Shown in pieces: positions 1 through 7,275 of a stretch of DNA of 13,939 bases (position 1 is the first letter of the stretch; every line of letters starts with the position of its first letter). The DNA comes from a plasmid. The stretch lies in sequence record NZ_CP064762.1; one strand, written 5' to 3'. The notes beneath the pieces were generated by a model. That model was given only the letters and a program-made list of their open reading frames with translations, made no database searches and was not told the DNA's origin. A program made the translations under genes and the position numbers.

Positions 1-936
1 ATGGGAAATGAAATTATTAAATATGATCCAGAGTTAAATACCATTCCACTTCGAAAATTTACTCCAGTTGAAATGAATTTATTTTTTTCGATTATTTCTC
101 GTATGCGTGATAAGGGAGATCAGACCGTTCGTTTTACTTTTGATCAATTAAAAGAGTTAAGTGCTTATAAACCTACTGCAAATAACCGTTTTGAAGATGA
201 CATTCAGAGAACTTATGAAAAAATGATGGGATTACATTTTGGTAGACGAAGTAAAAGTGGATTAACTCGAGAGTTTTTTGTTTTGTTTACAGAATTTAAA
301 ATTGATGGAGATGCAGAAGAACCTTATGTAGACGTAAAAGTTTATGAACGTGCTTTACCCCTTTTAAACAAGCTTGAAAGTTGGGTTCGTTATGCGTTGG
401 CAGAGTTTAGAGATTTAAAAAGTAGTTACGCAAAAACAATGTTTCGGTTACTAAAACAGTTCAGAACCACTGGATATGCTTATTTTTCTAAAGAAGACTT
501 TTTTGAATTACTAGATATGCCCAAAAGTTACTGGAATAGTCCCTCTAACGTCGATAAATTTGTTATAAAACCCATTAAAGAAGAATTAACTCCTTTGTTT
601 AGAGGATTAACTGTTCGAAAGAAATATGGTAAAGGGCGAGGGAAACCAGTTATTGGCTATTCGTTTACCTGGAAACCCGAAAAGAAAGACGCTAACGACT
701 TCTCACAAGGTCAATTTCAAGATGAACGTCAAAAACTCTTTAATATTCAGCATAATGGTGAATTAACAGAACAGGAAAAATGGCGTGCCATTGATAAAGT
801 TAAGGGGTTAACTCTAGGCTCTACTGAAAAACAAGCATTGGCTGATAAACAGGCCGAGCACGATAAAAAAATAAGAGATCAAGCAAGAAAAGAAGCACTT
901 GCTGAACTCCGAAAGGGGTTGGGAAATCATGCCTAA
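1..936 (+). CDS. repA: Plasmid replication initiator, Rep_3 family (theta-type, iteron-binding)
   Basis: 311-aa ORF. The N-terminal two-thirds has the typical Rep_3 initiator character and the C-terminus is lysine-rich. The iteron origin, promoter and RBS that match this gene sit at the far 3' end of the window, with AGGAGG 6 nt before the ATG across the circular junction. Confidence 0.9.
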   Translation: MGNEIIKYDPELNTIPLRKFTPVEMNLFFSIISRMRDKGDQTVRFTFDQLKELSAYKPTANNRFEDDIQRTYEKMMGLHFGRRSKSGLTREFFVLFTEFKIDGDAEEPYVDVKVYERALPLLNKLESWVRYALAEFRDLKSSYAKTMFRLLKQFRTTGYAYFSKEDFFELLDMPKSYWNSPSNVDKFVIKPIKEELTPLFRGLTVRKKYGKGRGKPVIGYSFTWKPEKKDANDFSQGQFQDERQKLFNIQHNGELTEQEKWRAIDKVKGLTLGSTEKQALADKQAEHDKKIRDQARKEALAELRKGLGNHA

Positions 937-1021
937 AACTATTAGAGAGCTTGCTGATGAGTTTGGTGTATCAAAACAAGCCATTAGGAAAAAACTAGCT
1001 ACAAACTTTAGTTGTTGTTAA
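929..1021 (+). pseudogene. 30-aa HTH-like ORF (MPKTIRELADEFGVSKQAIRKKLATNFSCC) overlapping the repA stop; apparent truncated N-terminal duplicate of the downstream repB/orfX-like gene
   Basis: ATG at 929 lies in the ATGCCTAA overlap with the repA stop. Its HTH-like segment (ELADEFGVSKQAIRKKL) parallels residues 10-30 of the 1205-1783 ORF (LSEELRLSKQAINQRI), then terminates after 30 codons. Confidence 0.35.
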
Positions 1022-1113
1022 TTTGGGCTATTTGCTGTTAAAGCAACATTCATTGGTGGCAACAACCAGAACCAAATTAATTATAGTTTAGCTTGAATAT
1101 TGATACCTAGTCT

Positions 1114-1176
1114 AAAAACGACAAGAACGACAACAAGTTTAAGATTTACTTGTCGATTGGTGTTCTTGTCGTTTTT
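1114..1176. terminator. Imperfect ~25-bp-arm inverted repeat ending in a T5 run; putative terminator or structured element between repA and the next ORF
   Basis: The 1114-1138 arm aaaaacgacaagaacgacaacaagt pairs with 1148-1176 acttgtcgattggtgttcttgtcgttttt. The second arm is followed by TTTTT. Confidence 0.4.
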
Positions 1177-1204
1177 AACTTATAATTTAAGGCGGATTAA
1201 TTAG

Positions 1205-1783
1205 GTGGTGAAACTATTGGGCAAGACTATTCGACAACTTTCAGAAGAATTAAGATTATCAAAGCAGGCTATCAATCAACGTATTAATAGCATTAATGGT
1301 TTTCGAAGTAAACACACTTATAAGGTCAAAAACCATCTAGAAATAGACAATCAAGGCGTTAAACTGCTTGCTAATTTTGACAAGCAAAAACGACAAGAAC
1401 GACAACCAAATCGGCAAGCTGAAAACGACAAGGACAAAAATATTGATCAGATCTTGCTGAAGCAACTTGATGTTAAAGATCAACAAATTGCAAATTTACA
1501 ACAAGCCTTAGATCAGCAGCAAAAATTACAGATAGCAACGGTTGCAGAGAACCATCGATTAAAAGAACACGTTCAGAAACTGAGTGGTTTGTTTGAATCT
1601 TCTAGTGCTACTCATCAGCAACAATTAAACGACAAGGACGATACCTTGACGAATAGTTCTAATACCAGTCACATCAAGGATAAAAACGACAATCAAAATG
1701 AAAATAAAGTTGCTGAATATGGTAATAGACAAAAGAAAACATTTAAGAACAACACCAATAATAGTTGGTGGCATTTTTGGTGA
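1205..1783 (+). CDS. Replication-associated HTH/coiled-coil protein (OrfX/RepB-like, DUF536-like, C-terminal WW motif)
   Basis: 192-aa ORF with an N-terminal HTH-like segment (LSKQAINQRINS), a Q/K-rich probable coiled-coil, repeated NDKD motifs and the C-terminus NNSWWHFW. GTG at 1205 or TTG at 1217 could be the start, and AGGTGG lies at 1203-1208. The position directly after repA matches the usual accessory gene of Rep_3 replicons. Confidence 0.7.
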   Translation: MVKLLGKTIRQLSEELRLSKQAINQRINSINGFRSKHTYKVKNHLEIDNQGVKLLANFDKQKRQERQPNRQAENDKDKNIDQILLKQLDVKDQQIANLQQALDQQQKLQIATVAENHRLKEHVQKLSGLFESSSATHQQQLNDKDDTLTNSSNTSHIKDKNDNQNENKVAEYGNRQKKTFKNNTNNSWWHFW

Positions 1784-1841
1784 CAATCTACCATAAAACT
1801 AATAGTACCAACTCAAAAAGCTAACAATAGGAGATAAATAT

Positions 1842-4800
1842 ATGCAAAGTAATTTTGAGTTTTTGAAAACTAATCCATTGACTGCTGATTATTTTCCTTC
1901 AGCAACACAAGCTGAAAAATCGTATGCTCTTGGTTTATATTCTGGTGAAGAAACAAGCATTCGTGTCGTGGCTGAGAACATTGCACGCGATATTGCAGAT
2001 CAACAGTTCTTGAATGTTACTAATACTGATACTTTTAATGATGTTCTGCGAGTACTTAAATATGACACTAATATTGATCATGACACGTTGGAGTTATTTT
2101 ATGATCTTAAGCAAAGTGGTAATCAAGCAGCACACCAACTAGCAGTTATGACGGTTTCAAAAACCGACCAAGAGACGGGATTACGTGATTTAAAACGACT
2201 ATACAAATTGTTATTTTGGTTTGTGAACACATTTTATGATCAAACCATTTCTGAAAACGATTTTCATGAACCACAAAGAGAAGATTACATCTACACTGCT
2301 ACAATAACTCCTTCTGCCGCTGAGCGAAACTTAATCTACATTCAGAGTGCTAAAACAGAAAATGGACATTTTATTGATTACATCGGTAGTGAAAAGATAG
2401 GAAAGGCTTCTGTTACTGATCTTGAAGCTGACATGAGTGAAAATAGCGATTATTTGCGTCAAACTGCTCAGAAACGTATCAATCAGTACATGGAGACCGC
2501 AGGTGTGCCTTCTAAATTAGAGTGGGCTGAACTAGCTTACCGCAAGAATGGTGAGCCACATTGGTTTACAGATAAGGATGTTCATAAGGTCCTGGAACGG
2601 TCAAAAGTGCAACACAGTCCCAGTCTTGCGGGTCAGGAATGGTTCAAAACTGATTTGACAACTGCTAAAAAAGCAATCAAAGCTGTTAAGAACAATCAGT
2701 CAGTTATTGATGTTAATGGTAACAAGAATCAGAAACCTAAGATTGTATTGCGTCCAGAACAGCTTGCTGCTGTTAAAAAGACTGAGAAAGCTTTCAAGAA
2801 CAATAAATACACGAACATGCTTTGGAACGCCAAAATGCGGTTCGGAAAGACATTGTCTGCTTTACAGTTAATTAAAGATGAAGGATACAAGCATGTCTTA
2901 ATTATGACGCACAGACCGGCCGTTGATGAGAGCTGGTTCGATGACTTCGTAAAAATAGGAATGCCAGAAGCCGGTTATTTGTATGGCTCAAAGAACCAAG
3001 GTGCAACATTTAAATCACTTCAAGATGGATCGAAGCCGTTTGTTTACTTTGCCAGTTTACAAGACCTGTCAGGTTCAAAGCTAGTCGGTGGTAAGGTTAA
3101 AGATAAGAATCAAGAACTATTTTCTGAAGATTGGGACTTAGTCATTATTGATGAAGCTCACGAAGGTACTCAAACAGAACTAGCCCAACAAGTGTTAAAT
3201 CAAGTCCAGGGTCCTAAAACTAAGTTTCTTGAATTATCTGGTACACCATTCAACATTCTAGATCAATATGAGGACGATCAAGTATATACATGGGATTACA
3301 CAATGGAACAGCGTGCTAAACAACAATGGGAAATTGACCACCCACATGAACCAAATCCATACGCTGGATTACCACGTGTTAACATGTTCACTTTCAGCAT
3401 GAGCGACAAGTTTAAAAATCCTAAATTTAGTCAGGTGGGTGACAAGTCGTTTAACTTTAAGGAGTTTTTCAGAGTTAATGAGCAAGGCAACTTTGTTTAC
3501 GAAAGCTACATTAAGCAGTTTCTGAGAAACATTACAACACCAAGTAAACATACCAGTTATCCATTTTCTACTAACCCATTTCGTGATCAATTACGTCATA
3601 CACTTTGGCTAATGCCAGGTGTTAAAGAAGCCGGAGCAATGGAACGTTTGCTAAAACAGGACCCTGTTCTTGGTGAAATTAGTGGTTATAAGATTATTAA
3701 TGTTGTTAAAGATGTTAGGGGAGAAGATAAAGGTATCACGGATCAGACTGATGTTGATCGTGTTAAATCAGCAATTGGTGATGATCCAGCATCAACTAAG
3801 ACAATAACGCTAACGGTTCGTAAACTTACAACAGGAGTTACTATTAAGCCATGGACAGGTGTTATCTTTTTATCCAACACTAATTCGGCTATGCAATATC
3901 TTCAAGCAGCATTCAGGGCGCAGACACCTTATTCTGACCCCCATTTTGGTACCAAGACTGATTGCTTTATTTTTGATTTTGCACCAGATCGAGCATTAAC
4001 GATTATGGCGGAGTCAGCGCAAATGAACAGCGGTGTGGGTAAACGGACAACAAGTGTTCAGAAACAGCGTATGGCTGATTTGTTAAACTTTCTACCTATC
4101 ATTGGAGAACAGGGTAACCAAATGAGGCCATTTCATGTGGACTCAATGCTTAAACAAATTAAAAAGATATATGCTGAAAAAGCTGTTAAATCAGGCTTTG
4201 AAGATGATTCACTTTATTCAGACGAATTGTTGATGATTAAGGAAGCCGACCTTGAAGACTTTAAGGATTTGAAGGTAATGGTTGGTAAAACCAAACGTGA
4301 AAACACCAAAGTTAAGGTTAATATCAATAATCAAGGACTAACGGACGAGCAGTATGATAAAGCGGTGAGTGGTCAGAAAAAGCCTAAGAAGGAACGTTCA
4401 CCTGAGGAACAAGCTGCTATTGACCAGATGAATGCCATGAAGAAACAGCGTAAAACGCTGATTTCAATTTTGCGTTCAATTTCGATCAGGATTCCATTGA
4501 TGATCTATGGTATGGACGTTGATTTAGCAAAAGATATTAGCATCAACACTTTCGTCGATAAGGTTGATGAGCAATCTTGGAAGGAATTCATGCCTAAGAA
4601 GGTTGATAAGGCACTGTTCCGCAAGTTTATCAAATACTATGACCCACAAGTATTCTTGGAAGCTGGTCAAATTATTCGGCAAAAAGTAAAAGAGCTTGAC
4701 AATGCTGACCCAATTGAACGGATTGGTAAATTAACAGACATTCTAGGCACGTTCCATAATCCTGATAAAGAAACAGTATTGACCCCTTGGCGAGTAGTTA

Positions 4801-6287
4801 ACATGCACCTTGGTAAAACTGTTGGTGGACTATCGTTCTTTGACAAGGATTATAAGTACAATACAGAAAACGGTGAAAGTGCCAATCATTGGATTAGCAC
4901 TGAGTATACTGGCCAAGTATTTAAACCTGATACACATATTCTCGAAATTAACAGTAAAACTGGAACTTATCCTTTATACATGGCAGCATCTTTATACTGG
5001 AAGGGGTTTCAGAAGCTGAATGAACAAACGGCCGGGAAGTTTACTTTAGAAAATGAACTGTTCATTTGGCAAAAGGTCCTTCGTGAGAATATCTTTATGA
5101 TTGCCAAGACGCCAATGGCCAAATCTATTGCCATTCGTACCTTATGTGGCTTCCAGAAATTCAATACTAATATTGAGTACATTGACGGTATTGTTGGGGA
5201 TATTAAAGAAAATATTGGAGTAGAGACTAAAAAGATAAAGGAACGGTTTGGAATGATGAAGTTTGATGTAGTAATCGGGAATCCGCCATATCAACAAGAA
5301 GCAAATGGTGCATCTACTCGTGATGAACCTATTTACCATAATTTTATGGATTTGTCTTATAAACTAGCTCCGTTGGTAACTTTGATCACGCCTGGTAGAT
5401 TCTTGTTTAATGCAGGGCAGACCCCTAAAAAGTGGAATGAGAAAATGCTTAAGAATGATCATTTAAAGGTGGTTATGTATCAGCAAGATAGTAGTAAGAT
5501 CTTCCCAAGGACAGATATTAAGGGGGGAATAGCTATAACCTTGATGGATGCACACAAAAAAATTGGTCCAATTGGAACCTTTACAATTTTTAATCAGCTA
5601 AATTCTATAGTTAAGAAGGTCAACACAAGCAACAGTCTTAGTAAAATTATTTCTTCTCAAGGATTATATAGGTTCAGTGATCTTGCCTTGACATCACATC
5701 CAGAAATATTAGAGAAAACAGGAAAAGGAACTAAAAATAAGATTACATCCAAGGTCTTTGGAACGTTAAGTTCTATTTTTACGTCTAATCCAATTGGAGA
5801 TAATAACATTAAAATGTTGGGACTGGTTGATGGAAAAAGACAATATAGATATATAAAAAGAGACTATATTGAAGAAAATTCATATATTAATAGTTATAAA
5901 GTGTTTATACCTGAATCTAATGGTTCCGGTGCTATTGGCGAAGTGCTGAGCACACCGCTCGTTGGAGCTCCGCTCGTTGGAGCTCCGCTCGTTGGAGCCA
6001 CTGACACCTTTTTGAACATTGGTCCATTTAATAATAAGGATGAGGCAAATAACTTACTTAAATATGTGAAAAGTAAATTCGCAAGAACAATGTTAGGTGT
6101 GAAAAAGATTACGCAACATAATCCTAGTTCAACTTGGACAATGGTTCCACTTCAAGACTTTACTTCTAATTCGGATATTGATTGGTCTCGGCCAATTTCT
6201 GAAATTGATCAGCAACTTTATACTAAGTACAATCTCTCGCAAGATGAAATTGACTTCATTGAAACGAGAGTACAGGCAATGGATTGA
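1842..6287 (+). CDS. Single-polypeptide Type ISP-like restriction-modification enzyme (HEPN/DUF4145-like N-terminus + Mrr-like motif + SF2 DEAH ATPase + gamma-class N6-adenine methyltransferase + TRD)
   Basis: 1481-aa ORF with AGGAG 7 nt upstream.
- Residues ~88-99 carry LKQSGNQAAHQ, a DUF4145/HEPN-type (R/K)xxGNxxAH motif.
- Residues ~148-171 carry DYIYTA...NLIYIQSAK, which resembles the Mrr-family catalytic strand (IYIQxK).
- The ATPase motifs are Walker A MRFGKTLSAL (~333-340), DEAH VIIDEAHEG (~434-442), motif III LSGTP (~465-469) and an Arg-containing motif VI-like QAAFRAQ (~688-694).
- The MTase motifs are X TVLTPWRVVNMHL (~978-990), I ILEINSKTGTYPL (~1033-1045, TaqI-like single Gly), II NIEYIDGI (~1110-1117) and IV FDVVIGNPPY (~1141-1150).
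- About 330 aa follow motif IV, which is consistent with a TRD. Confidence 0.8.
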   Translation: MQSNFEFLKTNPLTADYFPSATQAEKSYALGLYSGEETSIRVVAENIARDIADQQFLNVTNTDTFNDVLRVLKYDTNIDHDTLELFYDLKQSGNQAAHQLAVMTVSKTDQETGLRDLKRLYKLLFWFVNTFYDQTISENDFHEPQREDYIYTATITPSAAERNLIYIQSAKTENGHFIDYIGSEKIGKASVTDLEADMSENSDYLRQTAQKRINQYMETAGVPSKLEWAELAYRKNGEPHWFTDKDVHKVLERSKVQHSPSLAGQEWFKTDLTTAKKAIKAVKNNQSVIDVNGNKNQKPKIVLRPEQLAAVKKTEKAFKNNKYTNMLWNAKMRFGKTLSALQLIKDEGYKHVLIMTHRPAVDESWFDDFVKIGMPEAGYLYGSKNQGATFKSLQDGSKPFVYFASLQDLSGSKLVGGKVKDKNQELFSEDWDLVIIDEAHEGTQTELAQQVLNQVQGPKTKFLELSGTPFNILDQYEDDQVYTWDYTMEQRAKQQWEIDHPHEPNPYAGLPRVNMFTFSMSDKFKNPKFSQVGDKSFNFKEFFRVNEQGNFVYESYIKQFLRNITTPSKHTSYPFSTNPFRDQLRHTLWLMPGVKEAGAMERLLKQDPVLGEISGYKIINVVKDVRGEDKGITDQTDVDRVKSAIGDDPASTKTITLTVRKLTTGVTIKPWTGVIFLSNTNSAMQYLQAAFRAQTPYSDPHFGTKTDCFIFDFAPDRALTIMAESAQMNSGVGKRTTSVQKQRMADLLNFLPIIGEQGNQMRPFHVDSMLKQIKKIYAEKAVKSGFEDDSLYSDELLMIKEADLEDFKDLKVMVGKTKRENTKVKVNINNQGLTDEQYDKAVSGQKKPKKERSPEEQAAIDQMNAMKKQRKTLISILRSISIRIPLMIYGMDVDLAKDISINTFVDKVDEQSWKEFMPKKVDKALFRKFIKYYDPQVFLEAGQIIRQKVKELDNADPIERIGKLTDILGTFHNPDKETVLTPWRVVNMHLGKTVGGLSFFDKDYKYNTENGESANHWISTEYTGQVFKPDTHILEINSKTGTYPLYMAASLYWKGFQKLNEQTAGKFTLENELFIWQKVLRENIFMIAKTPMAKSIAIRTLCGFQKFNTNIEYIDGIVGDIKENIGVETKKIKERFGMMKFDVVIGNPPYQQEANGASTRDEPIYHNFMDLSYKLAPLVTLITPGRFLFNAGQTPKKWNEKMLKNDHLKVVMYQQDSSKIFPRTDIKGGIAITLMDAHKKIGPIGTFTIFNQLNSIVKKVNTSNSLSKIISSQGLYRFSDLALTSHPEILEKTGKGTKNKITSKVFGTLSSIFTSNPIGDNNIKMLGLVDGKRQYRYIKRDYIEENSYINSYKVFIPESNGSGAIGEVLSTPLVGAPLVGAPLVGATDTFLNIGPFNNKDEANNLLKYVKSKFARTMLGVKKITQHNPSSTWTMVPLQDFTSNSDIDWSRPISEIDQQLYTKYNLSQDEIDFIETRVQAMD
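5955..5999 (+). repeat. Perfect 15-bp tandem repeat x3 (ccgctcgttggagcN) encoding PLVGA-PLVGA-PLVGA inside the putative TRD
   Basis: Three contiguous head-to-tail copies are visible directly. Only the last base differs (t/t/c). The repeat is in frame and GC-rich relative to its surroundings. Confidence 0.95.
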
Positions 6288-6289
6288 TT

Positions 6290-6997
6290 ATGAACGAGAA
6301 AATAATAAAGTCGGCTGATAGAGTCAAAAATAATGGTGAAGTTTTCACACCAAGTCGGATCGTTAAAATGATGTTAGCTCAGCCTGAAATTCAAGTTAAA
6401 ATTCACGACCTTTCAGCTACCTTTTTAGAGCCTTCTGCCGGAGAAGGAGCTTTTCTAGTTGAACTGTTAAAGCAAAAGATGGCTGTTGCCTTGTCTAAAA
6501 GTACTAGTGCTGTTACTTATAATCGGAATTGCCTGATAGCACTTAGCAGTTTATATGGTATTGAGTACTTAGAAGATAATGTTGAAATGCTAGTAATGAA
6601 CATGATTACAACTTTTAATCAGCTGTACGTACAAGATATTACTAACTTCGCTAAGAAACCAAATCAACACGTGTTAGAAAGTGCTAAGGTAATAATTCGT
6701 ACTAACATGGCGCAGGGAGATACATTGAAATACGTGAATGCCGACGGTAAACCAATATTGTTAAGCGAGTGGAAACAAGTTGATGGTAAGGCTAATTTGG
6801 TACAACGAACTGAATACACCTTTGAGTCAATTGTTAATGAATCTGGACCAACTAATACTGTTGCTGGCGAGACAGAAGAAATGGACTTATTTGCTGGTAG
6901 TGGATTTTTTGAGGAAAAACCAAAGGCTAAATTACATCGTTATAAGGCTTGCAGGTGGACTGATATTTACAAGCAAGAAATAGAAAATTTACCGTAG
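6290..6997 (+). CDS. Methyltransferase-like protein with motifs X, I and II but no NPPY-type motif IV and no TRD; partner of the upstream RM gene
   Basis: The start is ATG at 6290 or TTG at 6284. Either choice overlaps or abuts the upstream TGA at 6285-6287, which indicates translational coupling. Motif X is GEVFTPSRIVKMML (~18-31), motif I is FLEPSAGEGAFL (~47-58) and motif II is LYGIEYLED (~90-98). At the expected motif IV position the sequence reads AKVIIRTNMAQGD. The protein has 237 aa, and a strong hairpin terminator follows at ~7199-7239. Confidence 0.75.
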   Translation: MNEKIIKSADRVKNNGEVFTPSRIVKMMLAQPEIQVKIHDLSATFLEPSAGEGAFLVELLKQKMAVALSKSTSAVTYNRNCLIALSSLYGIEYLEDNVEMLVMNMITTFNQLYVQDITNFAKKPNQHVLESAKVIIRTNMAQGDTLKYVNADGKPILLSEWKQVDGKANLVQRTEYTFESIVNESGPTNTVAGETEEMDLFAGSGFFEEKPKAKLHRYKACRWTDIYKQEIENLP

Positions 6998-7017
6998 AAT
7001 TGTGAGGTGATTGTATA

Positions 7018-7146
7018 TTGGAAGATGATAGTTATTCAATTTTAAATCAAAGAGCTATTATAGATTTACTTATACAAGGAGACATAATCCCCTATATGAC
7101 TGGATCTGAAATTCAAGATATAGGAATGAAATTTAAATTTTTTTGA
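7018..7146 (+). CDS. Short ORF (42 aa, TTG start; LEDDSYSILNQRAIIDLLIQGDIIPYMTGSEIQDIGMKFKFF), possibly the 5' remnant of a third gene of the RM operon cut by a repeat element
   Basis: GAGGTGA (7004-7010) sits 7 nt before TTG 7018. The ORF ends exactly where the ~70-bp repeated terminator element begins (~7150-7170). No homology was recognised. Confidence 0.2.
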   Translation: MEDDSYSILNQRAIIDLLIQGDIIPYMTGSEIQDIGMKFKFF

Positions 7147-7198
7147 TTCAGTATTTAGGGTCTATAATTACCAAATAACCCCTCGAAAACGTTGTTAA

Positions 7199-7239
7199 AA
7201 TAGCCCCCAATATCTATAATATAGATATTGGGGGCTATT
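7199..7239. terminator. Bidirectional rho-independent terminator (perfect 15-bp stem cccccaatatctata/tatagatattggggg flanked by A- and T-runs) between convergent operons
   Basis: aatagcccccaatatctata-at-atagatattgggggctatt is followed by ttttaatttattttttt and preceded by gttaaaa. It lies between the + operon ending at 6997 and the - operon ending at 7276. Confidence 0.7.
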
Positions 7240-7275
7240 TTAATTTATTTTTTTATAAGTGCCCCTAAACTATAG

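Noticed and set aside
3369-3590. 73-aa minus-strand ORF inside the RM gene
   Set aside because: It lies entirely antisense within a well-supported 1481-aa CDS. It has no RBS, and its low-complexity composition is what the reverse complement of AT-rich coding DNA would give.
4810-5019. 69-aa plus-strand ORF in an alternative frame of the RM gene
   Set aside because: It is an out-of-frame overlap with the long CDS and shows no independent start signals.
5142-5339. 65-aa minus-strand ORF inside the RM gene's MTase region
   Set aside because: It is antisense to the NPPY-encoding segment. It is hydrophobic and low-complexity in the way typical of spurious antisense ORFs.
1842-6287. Considered BREX PglX, DISARM DrmMI/DrmD or a Type I/III subunit assignment for the large ORF
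   Set aside because: Helicase, MTase and TRD are all on one polypeptide. No PglZ, BrxC, DrmA/B/C, HsdS or Mod/Res partner genes are present. A single-polypeptide Type ISP-like architecture fits better.
6780-6983. 67-aa ORF in an alternative frame of the MTase-like gene
   Set aside because: It overlaps the better-supported 6290-6997 CDS in another frame and has no RBS.
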